Positions 55,390 through 64,000 of a DNA stretch of 64,000 nt are shown in pieces. Position numbers and translations under genes: made by a program. The notes below the pieces were generated by a model. It made no database searches, was not told where the DNA came from, and saw nothing but the letters and a program-made list of their open reading frames with translations. How positions within the stretch are numbered: position 1 is the first letter of the stretch; the number at the start of each line of letters is the position of its first letter. This DNA is from Cyclobacteriaceae bacterium (GTDB lineage Bacteria > Bacteroidota > Bacteroidia > Cytophagales > Cyclobacteriaceae), in assembly GCA_015488485.1 (NCBI GenBank), contig WFNR01000064.1:6916-70915 (forward strand), in the 5' to 3' direction.

Positions 55390-56247
55390 ATGGCTGGAAA
55401 GATATTCCACTCATTTATAATTATATTCTTTTTTTTACTGGGCGCTATTGGCTGCAAATTGCATACTATGGCTATTACCGATACCCCGGTGCTCGAAGAA
55501 CTGCAACAACAAGGTATTGTTGACGGCCGTCATTTTATGCCCTACCGGGACAGCCTGCAGATTCAATACGTCACTGCCGGCAATCCAGGCGCCTCTTTGC
55601 TGCTGCTGATTCACGGCTCACCGGGTAGCTGGAGCGACTGGCAGCATATTATTGCCAACGATACGGTAAGGCAGCGCTATTTTATCGTGGCGCTGACCCG
55701 CCCCGGTTATGAGTTTACCACTGTGCCACCACAAGCCTCACTAGAGGAACAAGCTGCCGTTGTCTGGCACCTGGTGACGCAGTTGGGCTATGATTCGGCC
55801 ATTACGGTAGTGGGCCATTCCTATGGCGGGGCAGTAGCCATGCAGTTACTGGCCTGGTATCCGGCAGCCTTTCGTCAGGGTATATTGGTGGCGCCCACCC
55901 TGGGCGCTGCGCTAATGGCACCCCGCTGGTACAACAAGGTGGCTGCCTGGCGCCCGGTAAACCATTGGCTGTCTGTTGACCTGCGCCATAGTAATATAGA
56001 GATGACTGGTCTGCCGGCCTCTTTGCGTAAACTGGAAAACAACTGGCAGGTTGTGCAGGCGCCTATCACCTACATACAGGGCGGGAGGGATATCCTGGTA
56101 TCTCCTAAAACGGTGGATTTCATGCGCAGCCATTACCCCGGACAGGTGCGCTATGTAGTAGTCAAGAAGATGAACCACTTCGTGCCCTGGTCGGACCCGC
56201 AACTGATTACCAAAGTGCTTTTGGAAACTGATCCGGGTGTTAAATAA
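55390..56247 (+). CDS. alpha/beta hydrolase, probable lipoprotein
   Basis: HGSPGSW oxyanion region, GHSYGG nucleophile elbow and LLGAIGC lipobox. Confidence 0.85.
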   Translation: MAGKIFHSFIIIFFFLLGAIGCKLHTMAITDTPVLEELQQQGIVDGRHFMPYRDSLQIQYVTAGNPGASLLLLIHGSPGSWSDWQHIIANDTVRQRYFIVALTRPGYEFTTVPPQASLEEQAAVVWHLVTQLGYDSAITVVGHSYGGAVAMQLLAWYPAAFRQGILVAPTLGAALMAPRWYNKVAAWRPVNHWLSVDLRHSNIEMTGLPASLRKLENNWQVVQAPITYIQGGRDILVSPKTVDFMRSHYPGQVRYVVVKKMNHFVPWSDPQLITKVLLETDPGVK

Positions 56248-56393
56248 GAAACTTCATCTACCCCACCGTCTCACCGTCTCTCATGATTTCGGGTGACAAA
56301 ATAATCAAACCTTCTGTCATATTTTTCTTTTGCTTGTGGCCGGATAGTACTAGTTTAACACGCGCATTTTTGTAATCATATTGACTTCTGACT

Positions 56394-57014
56394 ATGAGTG
56401 AATTTGACACCAAAGCCGCCACCTGGGATGACGACCCGCAGCGTGTAGCCCGGGCCAGTGAAATTGCCCGCCACCTGGCCGCACAGTTGGATTTATCCTC
56501 GATTAAAAAGGTGCTGGAATATGGTAGTGGCACCGGTTTGCTAAGCCTGGCCTTGCAAGACCAGTTAGCCGATGTAACGCTGATGGACGAATCGGTGGCT
56601 ATGACCGAAATAACGCAAAATAAGATTAAGCAAAAAGGTTTAAAAAATTGGCAAGCAATTACTTATGATTTGCTTAGGCAGCCCCTGCCGGGTGCTCGCT
56701 ACGACCTGATCTACACCATGCTCACCTTGCATCACATTGCCGATACAGCCGCTATCTTGCAGAAATTCTATCAGATTGCCCTACCGGGTGCCAAGCTCTG
56801 TATTATCGACCTGAAAAAGGAGGATGGCAGCTTTCATGAAGGTGACTTTCATGGGCATAAAGGCTTTGAGCGACAACAATTGGAAACTATCCTGCGTCAA
56901 ACAGGCTGGCAGCCGGCCAATTATTCCATTTGTTACACCATTACCAAACCCGATGAAGCCGGCCAATCAAAAGAATATCCGGTATTTATGCTGCTGGCCG
57001 ACCGGCAACCGTAA
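56394..57014 (+). CDS. class I SAM-dependent methyltransferase
   Basis: Motif I VLEYGSGTG. Confidence 0.85.
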   Translation: MSEFDTKAATWDDDPQRVARASEIARHLAAQLDLSSIKKVLEYGSGTGLLSLALQDQLADVTLMDESVAMTEITQNKIKQKGLKNWQAITYDLLRQPLPGARYDLIYTMLTLHHIADTAAILQKFYQIALPGAKLCIIDLKKEDGSFHEGDFHGHKGFERQQLETILRQTGWQPANYSICYTITKPDEAGQSKEYPVFMLLADRQP

Positions 57015-57109
57015 GTTTTCTTAATAAAAACAGCTTATTTTCATGTGGTAAGCAGGCCCATATCCAAAATCTTGTTTAATTTACAGCAGGAATCAAGCAC
57101 TGTTTCACT

Positions 57110-58144
57110 ATGACCAAAGAAGTCTATTATGGCGATTACCTGCAACTAGATAAAATTCTGCAAGCCCAGCAACCTGAGAGTGCTCTGGCCGGCCAGGAGG
57201 CGCACGATGAGATGCTGTTTATCATCGTCCACCAGGCCTATGAGCTGTGGTTTAAGCAAATAAGCCATGAAATGCGCTCAATATTGGCCATTCTTGGCAA
57301 GCCGCAGGTAGATGATAACTCGCCTGATATCTTTACGGTAGTGCACCGCCTCAAGCGCATTGCTACCATCTGGCAATTGGCTATCCAGCAGGTGGATGTA
57401 ATCGAAACCATGACGCCTCTGGATTTTCTTGATTTCCGCGATCAATTGCGGCCGGCTTCAGGATTTCAGAGCTACCAATTTAAAATGCTGGAAGCCATGA
57501 TGGGGCTTAAATTTGCCGATCGCCACGGCAAGGATTTCTACCAGCGCCATTTACGGCCGGAGCATATAGCCATGATCGATGCCATTGAGCAGCAGCCTTC
57601 GCTCATTGAGCTGGTAAATAAGTGGTTGGCGCGCATGCCTTTCTTCGACCTGGCTTATTGGCAGGGCGCTACCGTTGACAGCCGTGAGGAAGTAGCACGC
57701 CACCCTTTCTGGCAGGCTTACAGGCAAGCCTATCGCAACACCTTGCAGGAGCACGATCAGGCCAGCTTGGAAAGTTTTGAGCAGGTTTTCTTCAGTGGCG
57801 AGGCCACCGGGCGCCTGAGTGCAGCCGCCAACCGCTCGGCCTTATTCATTATGATTTATCGTGACTATCCTTTGCTGCAAATACCTTATCAACTCCTTGA
57901 TACCCTGATTGAGATAGATGAGCTAATGACCACCTGGCGCACCCGCCATATTGCCATGGTACGCAGAATGATTGGTGCCCGTAGCGGTACGGGTGGCAGT
58001 AGTGGCGCCCAATATCTGAAGGAATCGAGCGATAAACATGTGATCTTCAGCGAACTGGCTAGCCTGTCTTCATTCCTTGTACAGCGTACCCAGGTACCGG
58101 TACTGCCGGAAAAACTCCAACAAAAACTGGGTTATAATCTTTAA
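57110..58144 (+). CDS. kynA: tryptophan 2,3-dioxygenase
   Basis: YGDYLQLDKILQAQ, HDEMLFIIVHQAYELWFKQ and TGGSSG motifs typical of TDO. Confidence 0.9.
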   Translation: MTKEVYYGDYLQLDKILQAQQPESALAGQEAHDEMLFIIVHQAYELWFKQISHEMRSILAILGKPQVDDNSPDIFTVVHRLKRIATIWQLAIQQVDVIETMTPLDFLDFRDQLRPASGFQSYQFKMLEAMMGLKFADRHGKDFYQRHLRPEHIAMIDAIEQQPSLIELVNKWLARMPFFDLAYWQGATVDSREEVARHPFWQAYRQAYRNTLQEHDQASLESFEQVFFSGEATGRLSAAANRSALFIMIYRDYPLLQIPYQLLDTLIEIDELMTTWRTRHIAMVRRMIGARSGTGGSSGAQYLKESSDKHVIFSELASLSSFLVQRTQVPVLPEKLQQKLGYNL

Positions 58145-58159
58145 CCAAACAAAAAAATC

Positions 58160-59197
58160 ATGCTTAAGCGAATCATCATCCTGCTCATTCTGGTAATCGG
58201 CTTCTTCTTTCTGCAGCTTTTCATCAGGGCAGGGCAGTTCAAAACCATTGTCAACAAACCGGCCGGAGAGGTGGTGGCGGTTTATCGTAATTTGCCCGGG
58301 CCGGAAGACATGCAGGCCAATTATGTGCTGCATAAGATGTTCATCGCAGCCGCCAATCGCAGGCCGTCCAATAGCAATGCCAAACCGGATGGCATTTATT
58401 TGCTTGATCTTGCCTCTATGGCACCTCCGTATCTTTTGGCCACCACTTATACCAAAGACTTGCATCCGCACGGCCTTTCGCTATGGAGCGAAGACACCTT
58501 GATTTACCTCTATGTGGTCAACCACAACGAGGAGGGTGATTTTGTCGAGAAATTTTTATACACCGGGAGTGACACCCTGCAACACCTGGCTTCCTACAGC
58601 TCACCCTTGATGTGTTGCCTGAACGATGTAGCAGCCACCGGCCCAAGTAGCTTCTATGTCACCAACGACCACGGTTCGCGTGCAGGTTTCAGTCGCAAAG
58701 TGGAAGACTACCTCAATATCGGCCGGGCCTCGGTAGTGTATTTCGATGGTAGCCAATACCGCAAGGTAGCCAGGCATCTCAATTATGCCAATGGCATAAA
58801 TTACGACCGCAGGCACGACAAACTGTACGTGGCCACCACCACCGGCAAAGCTTTGTTGTCCTTTACCATTGAGGCTGACGGTGGCCTTATCCGCGAGCAT
58901 GTCGTTGACCTGGAAACCGGCCTCGACAACATCGATATCGACCGGCAGGGCAACCTGTGGATAGCTGCTCACCCCAAAATGCTTGATTTTCTCAAACATG
59001 CTGCCGACTCAACCAATTATTCCCCTTCGCAAGTAGTTAAACTTATGCCCACCAATGAAGGCTTTGATGTAGAAGATGTGTATATCAATGACGGTAGTGA
59101 GTTTTCGGCCTCCAGTGTGGCTGTAAGTACTGGTACAGAGTTGTTTATTGGGGGTGTATTCGACCATAAATTGCTACGCATCAAACTAAACCATTAA
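58160..59197 (+). CDS. arylesterase/paraoxonase-like six-bladed beta-propeller protein
   Basis: N-terminal TM anchor. LHPHGLSLW...LYVVNH and YVTNDH resemble PON/SMP-30-type propellers. Confidence 0.65.
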   Translation: MLKRIIILLILVIGFFFLQLFIRAGQFKTIVNKPAGEVVAVYRNLPGPEDMQANYVLHKMFIAAANRRPSNSNAKPDGIYLLDLASMAPPYLLATTYTKDLHPHGLSLWSEDTLIYLYVVNHNEEGDFVEKFLYTGSDTLQHLASYSSPLMCCLNDVAATGPSSFYVTNDHGSRAGFSRKVEDYLNIGRASVVYFDGSQYRKVARHLNYANGINYDRRHDKLYVATTTGKALLSFTIEADGGLIREHVVDLETGLDNIDIDRQGNLWIAAHPKMLDFLKHAADSTNYSPSQVVKLMPTNEGFDVEDVYINDGSEFSASSVAVSTGTELFIGGVFDHKLLRIKLNH

Positions 59198-59229
59198 ATC
59201 CATGAAAAAACTATTACTGGCTGTTATCA

Positions 59230-60537
59230 TTGGCACTCTTATGCGCTGTTGCAGTACGGGCACAGCACAAAAAAGCGCTGGTAGGGGGTACGCTTATTGA
59301 TGGCTACGGTGGTCAGCCGTTGCACAACAGCGTCATCCTTATAGAGGGTGAGAAGATTGTGGCAGTAGGGCAGGTAGGCTCGCTGGCCATACCGCCAGAT
59401 GCTGAAGTGATTTCTACCGAAGGAATGAGCGTGCTACCCGGCCTATGGGATATGCATGTACACCTGATGATCAACGGTCATAGTGATTATGCTTACTGGG
59501 ATAAAACCTATCCACCCTTGCTGGAGAAGGTCATTATGCCGGCCTCGGCCCATCAGTTGCTGATGGCAGGTATTACCAGCGCCCGCGACCTGGGAGGCCC
59601 GCTCAAAGAGAGCCTGGTCGTGCGCGATGCCACTAACCGGGGCGAACTACCCGGGCCTACCATGTACGTGTCGGGGCCGTTTATCCAACATAAGCCCTAT
59701 CCGGGTACGGAGGCTTTCCGCTGGGGGGTAAACGGAGAAAAAGATGCCCGCGCCAAAGTAAAGAAGCTGGCTGATGCCGGGGTAGATTGCATTAAGCTGA
59801 TTGACCAGGATCAGATGACCATGACCGAAGTGCTGGCAGTGGTGGATGAAGCCCATAAGCACAATCTGCCGGTTGTGGCCCACAGCCACCGGCCGGAAGA
59901 GATACGCAGAGGCCTGAAAGCCGGGGTGGATTGTTTTGAGCATACCGGCCTGTCGTCCGCCCCCGAGTACCCGCCTGATATTATTGCCATGATCAGGGAG
60001 CGCACCGCGCAGATGAACCTGGGGCCAATGTTCTGGACACCTACTGTAGAAGGGCTGTATAACTATGAATATGTGCGCGACAACCCCGAAGAGCTGGACA
60101 ATGACTCCTGGCATCTCGACCTGCCCGACAGCGTGATAGCCGATATCAAGGCCTCTATTGCCCACCCGGGGCAGTTGCCGTATTTTCAGCTTACACCAGT
60201 ACGCAAACCCACTTTGGAGCGTAAGGTAAAGCAACTCAAAGAAAGCGGGCTGGTGCTGCTTATCGGCACGGATAGTGGCATTCCTACCAAGTTCCACAGT
60301 CAGTCCACCTGGCATGAACTTGATGTGTGGGTCAATGAGTTCGGTTTTGATGCCATGTATGCCATTAAGGCGGCCACCTATTGGCCGGCAGTAGCCATGG
60401 GCGTAGAGCAGGAGGTAGGCACTATTACACCCGGCAAATATGCCGACATCATAGCCGTAAAAGGCGATGTGCTGCGCTATATCAACCTGCTAAGCGATGT
60501 GGATATTGTGATTAAGCACGGCAAGCGGTATAAGTAA
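59230..60537 (+). CDS. amidohydrolase family protein (metal-dependent hydrolase)
   Basis: The LWDMHVHL metal-binding HxH motif, VVAHSH and GTDSG. The start is problematic (TTG 59230); see the finding on an out-of-frame ATG at 59202. Confidence 0.85.
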   Translation: MALLCAVAVRAQHKKALVGGTLIDGYGGQPLHNSVILIEGEKIVAVGQVGSLAIPPDAEVISTEGMSVLPGLWDMHVHLMINGHSDYAYWDKTYPPLLEKVIMPASAHQLLMAGITSARDLGGPLKESLVVRDATNRGELPGPTMYVSGPFIQHKPYPGTEAFRWGVNGEKDARAKVKKLADAGVDCIKLIDQDQMTMTEVLAVVDEAHKHNLPVVAHSHRPEEIRRGLKAGVDCFEHTGLSSAPEYPPDIIAMIRERTAQMNLGPMFWTPTVEGLYNYEYVRDNPEELDNDSWHLDLPDSVIADIKASIAHPGQLPYFQLTPVRKPTLERKVKQLKESGLVLLIGTDSGIPTKFHSQSTWHELDVWVNEFGFDAMYAIKAATYWPAVAMGVEQEVGTITPGKYADIIAVKGDVLRYINLLSDVDIVIKHGKRYK

Positions 60538-60689
60538 GGAGTTTATTAAATTAACAGGAGTACGGAAGCATAAGGCATGAGGAAAGTTGAGCTAAGATGG
60601 GTATAATCTCAAACCTGCAAACCGGAGCATGCAATGTAATAAGCATAAAAGCTCAAAGCCCTATTATCAAAACGCCTTTTGCAGTAGGG

Positions 60690-62873
60690 CTACTCCGGAA
60701 GTATCAGGGTAAAAGTACTGCCTTGTCCCGGTTGTGATGCTACCTCTATACGGCCGCCTAGTTTCTTGGCGGTATCCTGCACAATATACAGGCCCAGGCC
60801 GGAGCCCTCAGAGGTTTCGGATGCCCGGTAAAACATATCGAAAATCTTTTGCAAATGCTCCGGAGCTATGCCGTGCCCGTTGTCCTGCACACTAATGTGT
60901 ACCTCATGGCCTTTTTTATAACTGGTCACTTTTATTGCCGGGTTGGCTTGTTCAGTATTGTGGTACTTGATGGCATTGGTGAGTAAATTACTCAGGATAA
61001 TCTTCAGGCGCTTCGGATCGGTATTAAGTTCTTTCTGCTGAAGATCGAGACTGATGCTTATGGCATGCCTTTTATCAAAATGCGACAACTCTTCCAAAAT
61101 TTCATTCAATACCACTTCCAGATCGGTAGTGGTATGAATACTATCGCTCTTGGCATTGATGGAATATTCCATAATATGGTTGATGAAGCGCTCCAGTCTC
61201 AGCACACTGGCCTCCATCATGTCGATGTACTTGTTTATGGTCTTGTCATCAGTTTCCAGACGGGTTACATTCATCAGGCCGCGCAGCGATTTGAGCGGAG
61301 CCATCAGGTCGTGTGAAGAACGATAGACAAAATTATCGAGTTCGGCATTGGCGGTACTTAGTTCTTCATTAAGTGCCTTAAGCTTTTCACGCTCATCGCG
61401 CAACTGTGCAGTGCGTTCATTTACTTTTACCTCCAGATCGGCATGGGCCTTTTTCAGCTCCAGATAACGCAATCTAAGCAACATGAAAGCAAGCAAACCC
61501 ATCAAAAGCAAGATTAGTGCAATTACTGCGGGCCTTTTGTATAGTGGCAAGGTTACACCAAATGCCAGGGAGGCCGGGGCAATTGCGTAACGGCCGTCAC
61601 GCGTACGTGCTTTTACATGAAAAATATAATCACCATGACCAAGCGAGGTATATTCCTTACGATTGGTTTGTTCCCAGGGAGTCCAGTCGTCATCATAGCC
61701 CTCCAGCCATACCGAATATTCCAGTTCTGCCTGTTCAAATCCTGGCGTAGCAAATTCTATTACCAGGTAATTGGGTTCAAATATTCTGTTAATCTGTGTA
61801 ATCGGGCCTAATTCACTGCTTATGCTCTTTATTTTAACAGCAGGTTTGAAGTTTTCGAGTAAGGTGTACTTATGCTCATATATGTGATAGATGCCATCTC
61901 CGGAAGTAATCCAGATTTGACGATGGTGGTCAAGCACTATTTCTCGCATGCCCAATTTGGGTAATTGACTGACTGGTATTTTCTTCTTCTGACCTTTTTT
62001 ATTAAAAACGTACAGGCCGTTTGTTTCGGTAGTACAGATAATCAGGCTATCCAGATAGGGCATAGCATGGTAAACATCATATTTTGCCAACTCAGCATTT
62101 ACAGGTACCTGCCAGGGCTTAATGGTTTGCGTGGTATGATCCAACACAAAAACACCATACATATCAGTAAACAGCAGATCACGATTGGCAGTGAGGGGCA
62201 CTACAGCATAGACCGCATCATCGTAAATGTCAGGCAAAGCCAGCCAGGGGGTTGCCTGACGATCTTTGATGCGCCAAAGCCTGCCGGTAAAATCGGACGC
62301 CAGGATAAAATCCTGTATTTTGAATATATGGGCATTAGGCACACCTATTTGATAAAATTTGCCACTTGGTTTAAGCAGGTAGATATCCTTATAAGACTGA
62401 AAGTAAAGCCCGTCTTTTGTCTCGATTATCTGCCAGATATCACCAGGTTTTTCCTGCAACCGGCCAAAAAATTTGAAAGGATGAATAATGGCATTGCCTC
62501 TTGGGTCAAACGTAATATAACCGGCCACATTATAGCCACCATAGTAGAGCTTGTTATCTTTTAACAGCAAAGCAGTCACCCCATACTGGTCAGCTACTTT
62601 ATAGAGTTTCCACTCGAGACCATCATAGCTCAAGACACCCTCGCTATTGCCAAAATACAACATACCATCAGGTGCGGCTACCCCGCAGTAATTGCCGGAG
62701 CCAGCCTTGTATTCACCATAGCTATAATGCCTTACTACCAGCGAATCGAACAAAGGTTGCTGAGCAGGAGGAACTGCATAACCATATCCGGGCAGATAAG
62801 ATAAAACAAAAAATAGGAGCCTGCACAGGCGCATATCAAGAAAAGATTTAAATACAAAGTAAAGACTATTCAT
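60690..62873 (-). CDS. sensor histidine kinase with periplasmic two-component-regulator propeller and Y_Y_Y-type domains
   Basis: Beta-propeller-like N-terminal ~400 aa, one TM helix and a coiled coil. HisKA H-box (SSHDLMAPL). HATPase N and G boxes (LLTNAIKY, DNGHGI, GSGLGL). Confidence 0.9.
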   Translation of the reverse strand: MNSLYFVFKSFLDMRLCRLLFFVLSYLPGYGYAVPPAQQPLFDSLVVRHYSYGEYKAGSGNYCGVAAPDGMLYFGNSEGVLSYDGLEWKLYKVADQYGVTALLLKDNKLYYGGYNVAGYITFDPRGNAIIHPFKFFGRLQEKPGDIWQIIETKDGLYFQSYKDIYLLKPSGKFYQIGVPNAHIFKIQDFILASDFTGRLWRIKDRQATPWLALPDIYDDAVYAVVPLTANRDLLFTDMYGVFVLDHTTQTIKPWQVPVNAELAKYDVYHAMPYLDSLIICTTETNGLYVFNKKGQKKKIPVSQLPKLGMREIVLDHHRQIWITSGDGIYHIYEHKYTLLENFKPAVKIKSISSELGPITQINRIFEPNYLVIEFATPGFEQAELEYSVWLEGYDDDWTPWEQTNRKEYTSLGHGDYIFHVKARTRDGRYAIAPASLAFGVTLPLYKRPAVIALILLLMGLLAFMLLRLRYLELKKAHADLEVKVNERTAQLRDEREKLKALNEELSTANAELDNFVYRSSHDLMAPLKSLRGLMNVTRLETDDKTINKYIDMMEASVLRLERFINHIMEYSINAKSDSIHTTTDLEVVLNEILEELSHFDKRHAISISLDLQQKELNTDPKRLKIILSNLLTNAIKYHNTEQANPAIKVTSYKKGHEVHISVQDNGHGIAPEHLQKIFDMFYRASETSEGSGLGLYIVQDTAKKLGGRIEVASQPGQGSTFTLILPE

Positions 62874-62952
62874 CCTTTTTTACGTCCATTTTTATAAAAA
62901 CAGTTTAAAAGCTGCCGAATTCTTCGTAGCTTGTTCAGCGAATTGTTGGAAC

Positions 62953-64000
62953 ATGTATTCACGAAGAAAATTTTTGCGCTCATCGTTGTTGGGTAGCCTG
63001 GCGGCCGGCACTTTAAGTAGTGCCCTGGCCAATGATGCCACCAACCTAAGCACAGCCGCTCTCAGTCGACTGGCGGCCAATTCTGACAGCGACAGTGATT
63101 ATTGGCAGGCTATCCGTATGCAGTTTCCACTCAAAGAGGGGCAGACCTACTTCAACAACGGCACCCTGGGGCCTATGCCCAACTCCACCCTTAACGCCAT
63201 CACCGATAACTTACGATATAATGCCGTGCAAGCAGCCGAAACAGACTATAAGGGCAACGGCCCGCAACTGCTCACCGGTTATTTCAAATACGAAGACACC
63301 CGCAAGCGTATCGGAGCGCTGATCAATGCTGACTATGATGAAATAGCCCTGACGCAAAACGCCACTTTCGGAATGAATTATGTAGCCAACGGTCTGGATT
63401 TGGGCAAGGGCGATGAGATTATCAACACCAATCAGGAGCATGGCGGTGGCTTTGCTGCCTGGCAACTGCTGGCCAAAAGGCGTGGTTGCGGCTACAAGCA
63501 AGCCATTATGCCGGTACCGGCTAATGATCCGCAACAAATTGTAGAGGCCATTTTCAAAGAAGTTACCCCCAGAACAAAAGTTATTGCCATCCCGCATATC
63601 GTATCGGTGTATGGGGTGGTTATGCCGGTAAAAGAAATCTGTGAGCGTGCGCGCGACAAAGGTATTTTTACCATTATTGATGGAGCCCAGGCAGTAGGGC
63701 AGGTAAAGGTGGATATGCGGGATATAGGCTGTGATGCTTATTACTCCAGCCTGCACAAATGGCTGTTGGCTCCAGCCGGAAGCGGCATCCTGTATGTGCG
63801 CAAGGAGCGCATGCCGGAGATTTGGGCCACTATTGCCAGCTATAATTGGGACAACCAGGAAGACCACGGCTTCCGGCTGATGCAAAACGGCACCGGCAAT
63901 ACCGCCCTGCTGGCCGGACTGAATGCCGCCCTCGATTTTTACGAAGCCATAGGCGAGGAGCGTTGGCTGGGGCGCATCAAGCAACTGGGCGACTACCTGC
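62953..64000 (+). CDS. class V aminotransferase (cysteine desulfurase / isopenicillin-N epimerase-like) with Tat signal, 3' end outside the window
   Basis: Hand translation from the ATG at 62953: MYSRRKFLRSSLLGSLAAGTLSSALA..., then YFNNGTLGPMP, DGAQAVG and the SSLHKW PLP-lysine motif. The frame stays open to base 64000. It is absent from the ORF track because it has no stop codon. Confidence 0.85.
   Translation, partial: MYSRRKFLRSSLLGSLAAGTLSSALANDATNLSTAALSRLAANSDSDSDYWQAIRMQFPLKEGQTYFNNGTLGPMPNSTLNAITDNLRYNAVQAAETDYKGNGPQLLTGYFKYEDTRKRIGALINADYDEIALTQNATFGMNYVANGLDLGKGDEIINTNQEHGGGFAAWQLLAKRRGCGYKQAIMPVPANDPQQIVEAIFKEVTPRTKVIAIPHIVSVYGVVMPVKEICERARDKGIFTIIDGAQAVGQVKVDMRDIGCDAYYSSLHKWLLAPAGSGILYVRKERMPEIWATIASYNWDNQEDHGFRLMQNGTGNTALLAGLNAALDFYEAIGEERWLGRIKQLGDYL

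Noticed and set aside
56258-56533. 91-aa minus-strand ORF overlapping the methyltransferase start
   Set aside because: It overlaps a well-supported + strand gene, has no motif, and the intergenic part contains only a short CACCGTCTC direct repeat.
55390-60537. Complete kynurenine pathway around kynA, with the alpha/beta hydrolase or amidohydrolase acting as formamidase
   Set aside because: The hydrolase has a lipoprotein signal and so is probably extracytoplasmic. No kynureninase or monooxygenase motifs were seen, so a functional link is unsupported.
63211-63984. 257-aa minus-strand ORF at the window end
   Set aside because: It is antisense to the class V aminotransferase reading frame. That frame has clear PLP-enzyme motifs and stays open to the window edge.

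Overview
64-kb chromosomal window that looks like a Bacteroidota genome of the Cytophagia/Sphingobacteriia type. This is judged from gene families such as DUF5686/CarboxypepD_reg, Reg_prop/Y_Y_Y histidine kinase, the RDD-SpoIIM-DUF4129-DUF4350-MoxR-DUF58 cluster and four-helix-bundle IVS proteins, plus TAnnTTTG-type -7 boxes. No database search was possible; all calls rest on motifs read by eye in the supplied translations and DNA. Coding density is high and mostly on the + strand. Main blocks are as follows. (1) 0.6-10 kb: a co-oriented cluster with an HdrD-like Fe-S/CCG protein, a GcvH/LbpA-like lipoyl carrier, two radical-SAM enzymes flanking a lipoate-protein ligase, EtfB/EtfA and a membrane-anchored Fe-S/CCG oxidoreductase (EMO-like); this is the most interesting system here. 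(2) 10.0-11.2 kb: an unusual 1.2-kb non-coding island with a 46-bp tandem repeat, GC hairpins and nested inverted repeats; it shares modules with a second island at 24.1-24.6 kb beside tRNA-Pro and tRNA-Thr. (3) Housekeeping genes: ppx, usp, parE/parC, trmH-like, sanA-like. (4) The six-gene RDD/SpoIIM/DUF4129/DUF4350/MoxR/DUF58 cluster. (5) A HepT/MntA toxin-antitoxin pair in an AT-rich islet. (6) A DUF5916/CBM9-like gene broken by one in-frame TAG. (7) A complete trpEGDCFBA operon preceded by a Trp-Trp-Trp leader peptide and an intrinsic terminator (attenuator). (8) Miscellaneous redox and hydrolase genes, including tryptophan 2,3-dioxygenase, a hybrid-type sensor kinase and a 3'-truncated Tat-signal class V aminotransferase. 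No rRNA, CRISPR array, integrase or transposase was seen.
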